Source of the DNA: Eledone cirrhosa
Lineage: Eukaryota
Assembly (NCBI GenBank): GCA_964016885.1
Contig: OZ024758.1
Location: forward strand, 38,254,001 to 38,318,000
Length of the DNA stretch: 64,000 nucleotides
Reading direction: 5' to 3'
The notes under the pieces were generated by a model. That model saw only the letters and a program-made list of their open reading frames with translations. It was not told the DNA's origin and did no database searches. A program made the translations under genes and the position numbers. Positions 27,101 to 41,750 of this stretch are shown piece after piece. The number at the start of each line of letters is the position of its first letter. Within the stretch, counting starts at the first letter, position 1.

Positions 27101-30100
27101 TTAGCTGTCAGAAGGAACTCCACTGTTGGTGAGAATTCATTTAAGTTCATGGTATTAGCTGTCAGAAGTAACTCCACTGTTGGTGAGAATTCATTTAATT
27201 CATGGTATTAGCTGTCAGAAGTAACTCCATTGTTGGTGAGAATTCATTTAAGTCATGGTACTAGCTGTCAGAAGTAACTCCAATGTTGGTGAGAATTCAT
27301 TTAAGTCATGGTACTAGCTGTCAGAAGTAACTCCAATGTTGGTGAGAATTCATTTAAGTTCATGGTATTAGCTGTCAGAAGGAACTCCACTGTTGGTGAG
27401 AATTCATTTAAGTTCATGGTATTAGCTGTCAGAAGTAACTCCACTGTTGGTGAGAATTCCTTTAAGTTCATGGTATTAGCAGTCAGAAGTAACTCCACTG
27501 TTGGTGAGAATTCATTTAAGTTCATGGTACTAGCTGTCAGAAGTAACTCCAATGTTGGTGAGAATTCATTTAAGTTCATGGTATTAGCTGTCAGAAGTAA
27601 CTCCACTTTTGGTGAGAATTCATTTAAGTCATGGTATTAGCTGTCAGAAGTAACTCCAATGTTGGTGAGAATTCATTTAAGTTCATGGTATTAGCTGTCA
27701 GAAGTAACTCCACTGTTGGTGAGAATTCATTTAAGTTCACGGTATTAGCTGTCAGAAGTAACTCCACTGTTGGTGAGAATTCATTTAAGTTAATGGTACT
27801 AGCTGTCAGAAGTAACTCCACTGTTGGTGAGAATTCATTTAAGTTCATGGTATTAGTTTGTCAGAAGTAACTCCACTGTTGGTGAGAATTCATTTAAGTC
27901 ATGGTATTAGTTGTCAGAAGTAACTCCAATGTTGGTGAGAATTCATTTAGGTTCATGGTACTAGCTGTCAGAAGTAACTCCAATGTTGGTGAGAATTCAT
28001 TTAAGTCATGGTACTAGCTGTCAGAAGTAACTCCAATGTTGGTGAGAATTCATTTAAGTACATGGTATTAGCTATCAGAAGTAACTCCACTGTTGGTGAG
28101 AATTCATTTAAGTTCATGGTATTAGCTGTCAGAAGTAACTCCACTGTTGGTGAGAATTCATTTAAGTCATGGTATTAGCTGTCAGAAGTAACTCCAATGT
28201 TGGTGAGAATTCATTTAAGTTCATGGTATTAGCTGTCAGAAGTCACTCCACTGTTGGTGAGAACTCATTTAAGTTCATGGTACTAGCTGTCAGAAGTAAC
28301 ACCAATGTTGGTGAGAATTCATTTAAGTTCATGGTATTAGCTGTCAGAAGTCACTCCAATGTTGGTGAGAATTCATTTAAGTTCATGGTATTAGCTGTCA
28401 GAAGTAACTCCACTGTTGGTGAGAATTCCTTTAAGTTCATGGTATTAGCTGTCAGAAGTAACTCCACTGTTGGTGAGAATTCATTTAAGTTCATGGTATT
28501 AGCTGTCAGAAGTAACTCCACTGTTGGTGAGAATTCATTTAAGTTCATGGTATTAGCTGTCAGAAGTAACTCCACTGTTGGTGAGAATTCATTTAAGTTC
28601 ATGGTATTAGCTGTCAGAAGGAACTCCAATGTTGGTGAGAATTCATTTAAGTCATGGTACTAGCTGTCAGAAGTAACTCCACTGTTGGTGAGAATTAATT
28701 TAAGTTCATGGTATTAGCTGTCAGAAGGAACGCCACTGTTGGTGAGAATTCATTTAAGTTCATGGTATTAGCTGTCAGAAGTAACTCCACTGTTGGTGAG
28801 AATTCATTTAAGTTCATGGTACTAGCTGTCAGAAGTAACTCCAATGTTGGTGAGAATTCATTTAAGTTCATGGTATTAGCTGTCAGAAGGAACTCCACTG
28901 TTGCTGAGAATTCATTTAAGTTCATGGTATTAGCTGTCAGAAGTAACTCCACTGTTGGTGAGAATTCATTTAAGTTCATGGTACTAGCTGTCAGAAGTAA
29001 CTCCACTGTTGGTGAGAATTCATTTAAGTTCATGGTATTAGCTGTCAGAAGTCACTCCAATGTTGGTGAGAATTCATTTAAGTTCATGGTATTAGCTGTC
29101 AGAAGTCACTCCACTGTTGGTGAGAATTCATTTAAGTTCATGGTACTAGCTGTCGGAAGTAACCCCAATGTTGGTGAGAATTCATTTAAGTTCATGGTAT
29201 TAGCTGTCAGAAGTCACTCCAATGTTGGTGAGAATTCATTTAAGTTCATGGTATTAGCTGTCAGAAGTAACTCCACTGTTGGTGAGAATTCATTTAAGTT
29301 CATGGTATTAGTTTGTCAGAAGTAACTCCACTGTTGGTGAGAATTCATTTAAGTCATGGTACTAGCTGTCAGAAGTAACTCCAATGTTGGTGAGAATTCA
29401 TTTAAGTCATGGTATTAGCTGTCAGAAGTAACTCCAATGTTGGTGAGAATTCATTTAAGTTCATGGTATTAGCTGTCAGAAGTAACTCCACTGTTGGTGA
29501 GAATTCATTTAAGTTCATGGTATTAGCTGTCAGAAGTAACTCCACTGTTGGTGAGAATTCATTTAAGTTGATGGTACTAGCTGTCAGAAGTAACTCCACT
29601 GTTGGTGAGAATTCATTTAAGTTCATGGTATTAGTTTGTCAGAAGTAACTCCACTGTTGGTGAGAATTCATTTAAGTCATGGTATTAGTTGTCAGAAGTA
29701 ACTCCAATGTTGGTGAGAATTCATTTAAGTTCATGGTATTAGCTGTCAGAAGGAACTCCACTGTTGGTGAGAATTCATTTAAGTTCATGGTATTAGCTGT
29801 CAGAAGGAACTCCAATGTTGGTGAGAATTCATTTAAGTCATGGTACTAGCTGTCAGAAGTAACTCCACTGTTGGTGAGAATTCATTTAAGTTCATGGTAT
29901 TAGCTGTCAGAAGTAACTCCACTGTTGGTGAGAATTCATTTAAGTCATGGTATTAGCTGTCAGAAGTAACTCCACTGTTGGTGAGAATTCATTTAAGTCA
30001 TGGTATTAGCTGTCAGAAGTAACTCCAATGTTGGTGAGAATTCATTTAAGTTCATGGTATTAGCTGTCAGAAGTCACTCCACTGTTGGTGAGAACTCATT

Positions 30101-33100
30101 TAAGTTCATGGTACTAGCTGTCAGAAGTAACACCAATGTTGGTGAGAATTCATTTAAGTTCATGGTATTAGCTGTCAGAAGTCACTCCAATGTTGGTGAG
30201 AATTCATTTAAGTTCATGGTATTAGCTGTCAGAAGTAACTCCACTGTTGGTGAGAATTCATTTAAGTTCATGGTATTAGCTGTCAGAAGTAACTCCACTG
30301 TTGGTGAGAATTCATTTAAGTTCATGGTATTAGCTGTCAGAAGTAACTCCACTGTTGGTGAGAATTCATTTAAGTTCATGGTATTAGCTGTCAGAAGGAA
30401 CTCCACTGTTGGTGAGAATTCATTTAAGTTCATGGTATTAGCTGTCAGAAGTAACTCCACTGTTGGTGAGAATTCATTTAATTCATGGTATTAGCTGTCA
30501 GAAGTAACTCCATTGTTGGTGAGAATTCATTTAAGTCATGGTACTAGCTGTCAGAAGTAACTCCAATGTTGGTGAGAATTCATTTAAGTCATGGTACTAG
30601 CTGTCAGAAGTAACTCCAATGTTGGTGAGAATTCATTTAAGTTCATGGTATTAGCTGTCAGAAGGAACTCCACTGTTGGTGAGAATTCATTTAAGTTCAT
30701 GGTATTAGCTGTCAGAAGTAACTCCACTGTTGGTGAGAATTCATTTAAGTTCATGGTATTAGCAGTCAGAAGTAACTCCACTGTTGGTGAGAATTCATTT
30801 AAGTTCATGGTACTAGCTGTCAGAAGTAACTCCAATGTTGGTGAGAATTCATTTAAGTTCATGGTATTAGCTGTCAGAAGTAACTCCACTTTTGGTGAGA
30901 ATTCATTTAAGTCATGGTATTAGCTGTCAGAAGTAACTCCAATGTTGGTGAGAATTCATTTAAGTTCATGGTATTAGCTGTCAGAAGTAACTCCACTGTT
31001 GGTGAGAATTCATTTAAGTTCACGGTATTAGCTGTCAGAAGTAACTCCACTGTTGGTGAGAATTCATTTAAGTTAATGGTACTAGCTGTCAGAAGTAACT
31101 CCACTGTTGGTGAGAATTCATTTAAGTTCATGGTATTAGTTTGTCAGAAGTAACTCCACTGTTGGTGAGAATTCATTTAAGTCATGGTATTAGTTGTCAG
31201 AAGTAACTCCAATGTTGGTGAGAATTCATTTAGGTTCATGGTACTAGCTGTCAGAAGTAACTCCAATGTTGGTGAGAATTCATTTAAGTCATGGTACTAG
31301 CTGTCAGAAGTAACTCCAATGTTGGTGAGAATTCATTTAAGTACATGGTATTAGCTATCAGAAGTAACTCCACTGTTGGTGAGAATTCATTTAAGTTCAT
31401 GGTATTAGCTGTCAGAAGTAACTCCACTGTTGGTGAGAATTCATTTAAGTCATGGTATTAGCTGTCAGAAGTAACTCCAATGTTGGTGAGAATTCATTTA
31501 AGTTCATGGTATTAGCTGTCAGAAGTCACTCCACTGTTGGTGAGAACTCATTTAAGTTCATGGTACTAGCTGTCAGAAGTAACACCAATGTTGGTGAGAA
31601 TTCATTTAAGTTCATGGTATTAGCTGTCAGAAGTAACTCCACTGTTGGTGAGAATTCATTTAAGTTCATGGTACTAGCTGTCAGAAGTAACTCCAATGTT
31701 GGTGAGAATTCATTTAAGTTCATGGTATTAGCTGTCAGAAGGAACTCCACTGTTGCTGAGAATTCATTTAAGTTCATGGTATTAGCTGTCAGAAGTAACT
31801 CCACTGTTGGTGAGAATTCATTTAAGTTCATGGTACTAGCTGTCAGAAGTAACTCCACTGTTGGTGAGAATTCATTTAAGTTCATGGTATTAGCTGTCAG
31901 AAGTCACTCCAATGTTGGTGAGAATTCATTTAAGTTCATGGTATTAGCTGTCAGAAGTCACTCCACTGTTGGTGAGAATTCATTTAAGTTCATGGTACTA
32001 GCTGTCGGAAGTAACCCCAATGTTGGTGAGAATTCATTTAAGTTCATGGTATTAGCTGTCAGAAGTCACTCCAATGTTGGTGAGAATTCATTTAAGTTCA
32101 TGGTATTAGCTGTCAGAAGTAACTCCACTGTTGGTGAGAATTCATTTAAGTTCATGGTATTAGTTTGTCAGAAGTAACTCCACTGTTGGTGAGAATTCAT
32201 TTAAGTCATGGTACTAGCTGTCAGAAGTAACTCCAATGTTGGTGAGAATTCATTTAAGTCATGGTATTAGCTGTCAGAAGTAACTCCAATGTTGGTGAGA
32301 ATTCATTTAAGTTCATGGTATTAGCTGTCAGAAGTAACTCCACTGTTGGTGAGAATTCATTTAAGTTCATGGTATTAGCTGTCAGAAGTAACTCCACTGT
32401 TGGTGAGAATTCATTTAAGTTGATGGTACTAGCTGTCAGAAGTAACTCCACTGTTGGTGAGAATTCATTTAAGTTCATGGTATTAGCTGTCAGAAGTAAC
32501 TCCACTGTTGGTGAGAATTCATTTAAGTTCATGGTATTAGCTGTCAGAAGGAACTCCAATGTTGGTGAGAATTCATTTAAGTCATGGTACTAGCTGTCAG
32601 AAGTAACTCCACTGTTGGTGAGAATTAATTTAAGTTCATGGTATTAGCTGTCAGAAGGAACGCCACTGTTGGTGAGAATTCATTTAAGTTCATGGTATTA
32701 GCTGTCAGAAGTAACTCCACTGTTGGTGAGAATTCATTTAAGTTCATGGTACTAGCTGTCAGAAGTAACTCCAATGTTGGTGAGAATTCATTTAAGTTCA
32801 TGGTATTAGCTGTCAGAAGGAACTCCACTGTTGCTGAGAATTCATTTAAGTTCATGGTATTAGCTGTCAGAAGTAACTCCACTGTTGGTGAGAATTCATT
32901 TAAGTTCATGGTACTAGCTGTCAGAAGTAACTCCACTGTTGGTGAGAATTCATTTAAGTTCATGGTATTAGCTGTCAGAAGTCACTCCAATGTTGGTGAG
33001 AATTCATTTAAGTTCATGGTATTAGCTGTCAGAAGTCACTCCACTGTTGGTGAGAATTCATTTAAGTTCATGGTACTAGCTGTCGGAAGTAACCCCAATG

Positions 33101-36100
33101 TTGGTGAGAATTCATTTAAGTTCATGGTATTAGCTGTCAGAAGTCACTCCAATGTTGGTGAGAATTCATTTAAGTTCATGGTATTAGCTGTCAGAAGTAA
33201 CTCCACTGTTGGTGAGAATTCATTTAAGTTCATGGTATTAGTTTGTCAGAAGTAACTCCACTGTTGGTGAGAATTCATTTAAGTCATGGTACTAGCTGTC
33301 AGAAGTAACTCCAATGTTGGTGAGAATTCATTTAAGTCATGGTATTAGCTGTCAGAAGTAACTCCAATGTTGGTGAGAATTCATTTAAGTTCATGGTATT
33401 AGCTGTCAGAAGTAACTCCACTGTTGGTGAGAATTCATTTAAGTTCATGGTATTAGCTGTCAGAAGTAACTCCACTGTTGGTGAGAATTCATTTAAGTTG
33501 ATGGTACTAGCTGTCAGAAGTAACTCCACTGTTGGTGAGAATTCATTTAAGTTCATGGTATTAGTTTGTCAGAAGTAACTCCACTGTTGGTGAGAATTCA
33601 TTTAAGTTCATGGTACTAGCTCTTCAGAAGTAACTCCACTGTTGGTGAGAATTCATTTAAGTTCATGGTATTAGCTGTCAGAAGTAACTCCACTGTTGGT
33701 GAGAATTCATTTAAGTTCATGGTATTAGCTGTCAGAAGGAACTCCAATGTTGGTGAGAATTCATTTAAGTCATGGTACTAGCTGTCAGAAGTAACTCCAC
33801 TGTTGGTGAGAATTAATTTAAGTTCATGGTATTAGCTGTCAGAAGGAACGCCACTGTTGGTGAGAATTCATTTAAGTTCATGGTATTAGCTGTCAGAAGT
33901 AACTCCACTGTTGGTGAGAATTCATTTAAGTTCATGGTACTAGCTGTCAGAAGTAACTCCAATGTTGGTGAGAATTCATTTAAGTTCATGGTATTAGCTG
34001 TCAGAAGGAACTCCACTGTTGCTGAGAATTCATTTAAGTTCATGGTATTAGCTGTCAGAAGTAACTCCACTGTTGGTGAGAATTCATTTAAGTTCATGGT
34101 ACTAGCTGTCAGAAGTAACTCCACTGTTGGTGAGAATTCATTTAAGTTCATGGTATTAGCTGTCAGAAGTCACTCCAATGTTGGTGAGAATTCATTTAAG
34201 TTCATGGTATTAGCTGTCAGAAGTCACTCCACTGTTGGTGAGAATTCATTTAAGTTCATGGTACTAGCTGTCGGAAGTAACCCCAATGTTGGTGAGAATT
34301 CATTTAAGTTCATGGTATTAGCTGTCAGAAGTCACTCCAATGTTGGTGAGAATTCATTTAAGTTCATGGTATTAGCTGTCAGAAGTAACTCCACTGTTGG
34401 TGAGAATTCATTTAAGTTCATGGTATTAGTTTGTCAGAAGTAACTCCACTGTTGGTGAGAATTCATTTAAGTCATGGTACTAGCTGTCAGAAGTAACTCC
34501 AATGTTGGTGAGAATTCATTTAAGTCATGGTATTAGCTGTCAGAAGTAACTCCAATGTTGGTGAGAATTCATTTAAGTTCATGGTATTAGCTGTCAGAAG
34601 TAACTCCACTGTTGGTGAGAATTCATTTAAGTTCATGGTATTAGCTGTCAGAAGTAACTCCACTGTTGGTGAGAATTCATTTAAGTTGATGGTACTAGCT
34701 GTCAGAAGTAACTCCACTGTTGGTGAGAATTCATTTAAGTTCATGGTATTAGCTGTCAGAAGTAACTCCACTGTTGGTGAGAATTCATTTAAGTTCATGG
34801 TATTAGCTGTCAGAAGGAACTCCAATGTTGGTGAGAATTCATTTAAGTCATGGTACTAGCTGTCAGAAGTAACTCCACTGTTGGTGAGAATTAATTTAAG
34901 TTCATGGTATTAGCTGTCAGAAGGAACGCCACTGTTGGTGAGAATTCATTTAAGTTCATGGTATTAGCTGTCAGAAGTAACTCCACTGTTGGTGAGAATT
35001 CATTTAAGTTCATGGTACTAGCTGTCAGAAGTAACTCCAATGTTGGTGAGAATTCATTTAAGTTCATGGTATTAGCTGTCAGAAGGAACTCCACTGTTGC
35101 TGAGAATTCATTTAAGTTCATGGTATTAGCTGTCAGAAGTAACTCCACTGTTGGTGAGAATTCATTTAAGTTCATGGTACTAGCTGTCAGAAGTAACTCC
35201 ACTGTTGGTGAGAATTCATTTAAGTTCATGGTATTAGCTGTCAGAAGTCACTCCAATGTTGGTGAGAATTCATTTAAGTTCATGGTATTAGCTGTCAGAA
35301 GTCACTCCACTGTTGGTGAGAATTCATTTAAGTTCATGGTACTAGCTGTCGGAAGTAACCCCAATGTTGGTGAGAATTCATTTAAGTTCATGGTATTAGC
35401 TGTCAGAAGTCACTCCAATGTTGGTGAGAATTCATTTAAGTTCATGGTATTAGCTGTCAGAAGTAACTCCACTGTTGGTGAGAATTCATTTAAGTTCATG
35501 GTATTAGTTTGTCAGAAGTAACTCCACTGTTGGTGAGAATTCATTTAAGTCATGGTACTAGCTGTCAGAAGTAACTCCAATGTTGGTGAGAATTCATTTA
35601 AGTCATGGTATTAGCTGTCAGAAGTAACTCCAATGTTGGTGAGAATTCATTTAAGTTCATGGTATTAGCTGTCAGAAGTAACTCCACTGTTGGTGAGAAT
35701 TCATTTAAGTTCATGGTATTAGCTGTCAGAAGTAACTCCACTGTTGGTGAGAATTCATTTAAGTTGATGGTACTAGCTGTCAGAAGTAACTCCACTGTTG
35801 GTGAGAATTCATTTAAGTTCATGGTATTAGTTTGTCAGAAGTAACTCCACTGTTGGTGAGAATTCATTTAAGTCATGGTATTAGTTGTCAGAAGTAACTC
35901 CAATGTTGGTGAGAATTCATTTAAGTTCATGGTATTAGCTGTCAGAAGGAACTCCACTGTTGGTGAGAATTCATTTAAGTTCATGGTATTAGCTGTCAGA
36001 AGGAACTCCAATGTTGGTGAGAATTCATTTAAGTCATGGTACTAGCTGTCAGAAGTAACTCCACTGTTGGTGAGAATTCATTTAAGTTCATGGTATTAGC

Positions 36101-39100
36101 TGTCAGAAGTAACTCCACTGTTGGTGAGAATTCATTTAAGTCATGGTATTAGCTGTCAGAAGTAACTCCACTGTTGGTGAGAATTCATTTAAGTCATGGT
36201 ATTAGCTGTCAGAAGTAACTCCAATGTTGGTGAGAATTCATTTAAGTTCATGGTATTAGCTGTCAGAAGTCACTCCACTGTTGGTGAGAACTCATTTAAG
36301 TTCATGGTACTAGCTGTCAGAAGTAACACCAATGTTGGTGAGAATTCATTTAAGTTCATGGTATTAGCTGTCAGAAGTCACTCCAATGTTGGTGAGAATT
36401 CATTTAAGTTCATGGTATTAGCTGTCAGAAGTAACTCCACTGTTGGTGAGAATTCATTTAAGTTCATGGTATTAGCTGTCAGAAGTAACTCCACTGTTGG
36501 TGAGAATTCATTTAAGTTCATGGTATTAGCTGTCAGAAGTAACTCCACTGTTGGTGAGAATTCATTTAAGTTCATGGTATTAGCTGTCAGAAGGAACTCC
36601 ACTGTTGGTGAGAATTCATTTAAGTTCATGGTATTAGCTGTCAGAAGTAACTCCACTGTTGGTGAGAATTCATTTAATTCATGGTATTAGCTGTCAGAAG
36701 TAACTCCATTGTTGGTGAGAATTCATTTAAGTCATGGTACTAGCTGTCAGAAGTAACTCCAATGTTGGTGAGAATTCATTTAAGTCATGGTACTAGCTGT
36801 CAGAAGTAACTCCAATGTTGGTGAGAATTCATTTAAGTTCATGGTATTAGCTGTCAGAAGGAACTCCACTGTTGGTGAGAATTCATTTAAGTTCATGGTA
36901 TTAGCTGTCAGAAGTAACTCCACTGTTGGTGAGAATTCATTTAAGTTCATGGTATTAGCAGTCAGAAGTAACTCCACTGTTGGTGAGAATTCATTTAAGT
37001 TCATGGTACTAGCTGTCAGAAGTAACTCCAATGTTGGTGAGAATTCATTTAAGTTCATGGTATTAGCTGTCAGAAGTAACTCCACTTTTGGTGAGAATTC
37101 ATTTAAGTCATGGTATTAGCTGTCAGAAGTAACTCCAATGTTGGTGAGAATTCATTTAAGTTCATGGTATTAGCTGTCAGAAGTAACTCCACTGTTGGTG
37201 AGAATTCATTTAAGTTCACGGTATTAGCTGTCAGAAGTAACTCCACTGTTGGTGAGAATTCATTTAAGTTAATGGTACTAGCTGTCAGAAGTAACTCCAC
37301 TGTTGGTGAGAATTCATTTAAGTTCATGGTATTAGTTTGTCAGAAGTAACTCCACTGTTGGTGAGAATTCATTTAAGTCATGGTATTAGTTGTCAGAAGT
37401 AACTCCAATGTTGGTGAGAATTCATTTAGGTTCATGGTACTAGCTGTCAGAAGTAACTCCAATGTTGGTGAGAATTCATTTAAGTCATGGTACTAGCTGT
37501 CAGAAGTAACTCCAATGTTGGTGAGAATTCATTTAAGTACATGGTATTAGCTATCAGAAGTAACTCCACTGTTGGTGAGAATTCATTTAAGTTCATGGTA
37601 TTAGCTGTCAGAAGTAACTCCACTGTTGGTGAGAATTCATTTAAGTCATGGTATTAGCTGTCAGAAGTAACTCCAATGTTGGTGAGAATTCATTTAAGTT
37701 CATGGTATTAGCTGTCAGAAGTCACTCCACTGTTGGTGAGAACTCATTTAAGTTCATGGTACTAGCTGTCAGAAGTAACACCAATGTTGGTGAGAATTCA
37801 TTTAAGTTCATGGTATTAGCTGTCAGAAGTCACTCCAATGTTGGTGAGAATTCATTTAAGTTCATGGTATTAGCTGTCAGAAGTAACTCCACTGTTGGTG
37901 AGAATTCCTTTAAGTTCATGGTATTAGCTGTCAGAAGTAACTCCACTGTTGGTGAGAATTCATTTAAGTTCATGGTATTAGCTGTCAGAAGTAACTCCAC
38001 TGTTGGTGAGAATTCATTTAAGTTCATGGTATTAGCTGTCAGAAGTAACTCCACTGTTGGTGAGAATTCATTTAAGTTCATGGTATTAGCTGTCAGAAGG
38101 AACTCCAATGTTGGTGAGAATTCATTTAAGTCATGGTACTAGCTGTCAGAAGTAACTCCACTGTTGGTGAGAATTAATTTAAGTTCATGGTATTAGCTGT
38201 CAGAAGGAACGCCACTGTTGGTGAGAATTCATTTAAGTTCATGGTATTAGCTGTCAGAAGTAACTCCACTGTTGGTGAGAATTCATTTAAGTTCATGGTA
38301 CTAGCTGTCAGAAGTAACTCCAATGTTGGTGAGAATTCATTTAAGTTCATGGTATTAGCTGTCAGAAGGAACTCCACTGTTGCTGAGAATTCATTTAAGT
38401 TCATGGTATTAGCTGTCAGAAGTAACTCCACTGTTGGTGAGAATTCATTTAAGTTCATGGTACTAGCTGTCAGAAGTAACTCCACTGTTGGTGAGAATTC
38501 ATTTAAGTTCATGGTATTAGCTGTCAGAAGTCACTCCAATGTTGGTGAGAATTCATTTAAGTTCATGGTATTAGCTGTCAGAAGTCACTCCACTGTTGGT
38601 GAGAATTCATTTAAGTTCATGGTACTAGCTGTCGGAAGTAACCCCAATGTTGGTGAGAATTCATTTAAGTTCATGGTATTAGCTGTCAGAAGTCACTCCA
38701 ATGTTGGTGAGAATTCATTTAAGTTCATGGTATTAGCTGTCAGAAGTAACTCCACTGTTGGTGAGAATTCATTTAAGTTCATGGTATTAGTTTGTCAGAA
38801 GTAACTCCACTGTTGGTGAGAATTCATTTAAGTCATGGTACTAGCTGTCAGAAGTAACTCCAATGTTGGTGAGAATTCATTTAAGTCATGGTATTAGCTG
38901 TCAGAAGTAACTCCAATGTTGGTGAGAATTCATTTAAGTTCATGGTATTAGCTGTCAGAAGTAACTCCACTGTTGGTGAGAATTCATTTAAGTTCATGGT
39001 ATTAGCTGTCAGAAGTAACTCCACTGTTGGTGAGAATTCATTTAAGTTGATGGTACTAGCTGTCAGAAGTAACTCCACTGTTGGTGAGAATTCATTTAAG

Positions 39101-41750
39101 TTCATGGTATTAGCTGTCAGAAGTAACTCCACTGTTGGTGAGAATTCATTTAAGTTCATGGTATTAGCTGTCAGAAGGAACTCCAATGTTGGTGAGAATT
39201 CATTTAAGTCATGGTACTAGCTGTCAGAAGTAACTCCACTGTTGGTGAGAATTAATTTAAGTTCATGGTATTAGCTGTAAGAAGGAACGCCACTGTTGGT
39301 GAGAATTCATTTAAGTTCATGGTATTAGCTGTCAGAAGTAACTCCACTGTTGGTGAGAATTCATTTAAGTTCATGGTACTAGCTGTCAGAAGTAACTCCA
39401 ATGTTGGTGAGAATTCATTTAAGTTCATGGTATTAGCTGTCAGAAGGAACTCCACTGTTGCTGAGAATTCATTTAAGTTCATGGTATTAGCTGTCAGAAG
39501 TAACTCCACTGTTGGTGAGAATTCATTTAAGTTCATGGTACTAGCTGTCAGAAGTAACTCCACTGTTGGTGAGAATTCATTTAAGTTCATGGTATTAGCT
39601 GTCAGAAGTCACTCCAATGTTGGTGAGAATTCATTTAAGTTCATGGTATTAGCTGTCAGAAGTCACTCCACTGTTGGTGAGAATTCATTTAAGTTCATGG
39701 TACTAGCTGTCGGAAGTAACCCCAATGTTGGTGAGAATTCATTTAAGTTCATGGTATTAGCTGTCAGAAGTCACTCCAATGTTGGTGAGAATTCATTTAA
39801 GTTCATGGTATTAGCTGTCAGAAGTAACTCCACTGTTGGTGAGAATTCATTTAAGTTCATGGTATTAGTTTGTCAGAAGTAACTCCACTGTTGGTGAGAA
39901 TTCATTTAAGTCATGGTACTAGCTGTCAGAAGTAACTCCAATGTTGGTGAGAATTCATTTAAGTCATGGTATTAGCTGTCAGAAGTAACTCCAATGTTGG
40001 TGAGAATTCATTTAAGTTCATGGTATTAGCTGTCAGAAGTAACTCCACTGTTGGTGAGAATTCATTTAAGTTCATGGTATTAGCTGTCAGAAGTAACTCC
40101 ACTGTTGGTGAGAATTCATTTAAGTTGATGGTACTAGCTGTCAGAAGTAACTCCACTGTTGGTGAGAATTCATTTAAGTTCATGGTATTAGCTGTCAGAA
40201 GTAACTCCACTGTTGGTGAGAATTCATTTAAGTTCATGGTATTAGCTGTCAGAAGTAACTCCACTGTTGGTGAGAATTCATTTAAGTTCATGGTATTAGC
40301 TGTCAGAAGTAACTCCACTGTTGGTGAGAATTCATTTAAGTTCATGGTATTAGCTGTCAGAAGTAACTCCACTGTTGGTGAGAATTCATTTAAGTTCATG
40401 GTATTAGCTGTCAGAAGGAACTCCACTGTTGGTGAGAATTCATTTAAGTTCATGGTATTAGCTGTCAGAAGTAACTCCACTGTTGGTGAGAATTCATTTA
40501 ATTCATGGTATTAGCTGTCAGAAGTAACTCCATTGTTGGTGAGAATTCATTTAAGTCATGGTACTAGCTGTCAGTGTGTAACTCCAATGTTGGTGAGAAT
40601 TCATTTAAGTCATGGTACTAGCTGTCAGAAGTAACTCCAATGTTGGTGAGAATTCATTTAAGTTCATGGTATTAGCTGTCAGAAGGAACTCCACTGTTGG
40701 TGAGAATTCATTTAAGTTCATGGTATTAGCTGTCAGAAGTAACTCCACTGTTGGTGAGAATTCATTTAAGTTCATGGTATTAGCAGTCAGAAGTAACTCC
40801 ACTGTTGGTGAGAATTCATTTAAGTTCATGGTACTAGCTGTCAGAAGTAACTCCAATGTTGGTGAGAATTCATTTAAGTTCATGGTATTAGCTGTCAGAA
40901 GTAACTCCACTTTTGGTGAGAATTCATTTAAGTCATGGTATTAGCTGTCAGAAGTAACTCCAATGTTGGTGAGAATTCATTTAAGTTCATGGTATTAGCT
41001 GTCAGAAGTAACTCCACTGTTGGTGAGAATTCATTTAAGTTCACGGTATTAGCTGTCAGAAGTAACTCCACTGTTGGTGAGAATTCATTTAAGTTAATGG
41101 TACTAGCTGTCAGAAGTAACTCCACTGTTGGTGAGAATTCATTTAAGTTCATGGTATTAGTTTGTCAGAAGTAACTCCACTGTTGGTGAGAATTCATTTA
41201 AGTCATGGTATTAGTTGTCAGAAGTAACTCCAATGTTGGTGAGAATTCATTTAGGTTCATGGTACTAGCTGTCAGAAGTAACTCCAATGTTGGTGAGAAT
41301 TCATTTAAGTCATGGTACTAGCTGTCAGAAGTAACTCCAATGTTGGTGAGAATTCATTTAAGTTCATGGTATTAGCTGTCAGAAGTCACTCCACTGTTGG
41401 TGAGAACTCATTTAAGTTCATGGTACTAGCTGTCAGAAGTAACACCAATGTTGGTGAGAATTCATTTAAGTTCATGGTATTAGCTGTCAGAAGTCACTCC
41501 AATGTTGGTGAGAATTCATTTAAGTTCATGGTATTAGCTGTCAGAAGTAACTCCACTGTTGGTGAGAATTCCTTTAAGTTCATGGTATTAGCTGTCAGAA
41601 GTAACTCCACTGTTGGTGAGAATTCATTTAAGTTCATGGTATTAGCTGTCAGAAGTAACTCCACTGTTGGTGAGAATTCATTTAAGTTCATGGTATTAGC
41701 TGTCAGAAGTAACTCCACTGTTGGTGAGAATTCATTTAAGTCATGGTATT
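27100..41750 (+). repeat. Satellite domain A' (A-like variants plus private GTCGGAAG), built from 3283-bp and 1078-bp units
   Basis: GTCGGAAG occurs at ~29152, 32004, 33082, 34270, 35348, 38631 and 39709 (spacings 2852, 1078, 1188, 1078, 3283, 1078). CCACTTTTGG, AAGTTAATGG and GAATTCCTTT are also frequent. Offsets are 3283 (27631/30914) and 6196 (30000/36196). Confidence 0.8.

Noticed and set aside
22135-40585. Isolated odd indels (AGTTTTCATG ~22141, TCAGTGTGTA ~40571; also TTAGTGTC ~828 and GCTGCAG ~10367) as insertion footprints
   Set aside because: They are only 1-3 bp changes with no terminal repeats or foreign sequence. They are singleton mutations or sequencing errors.
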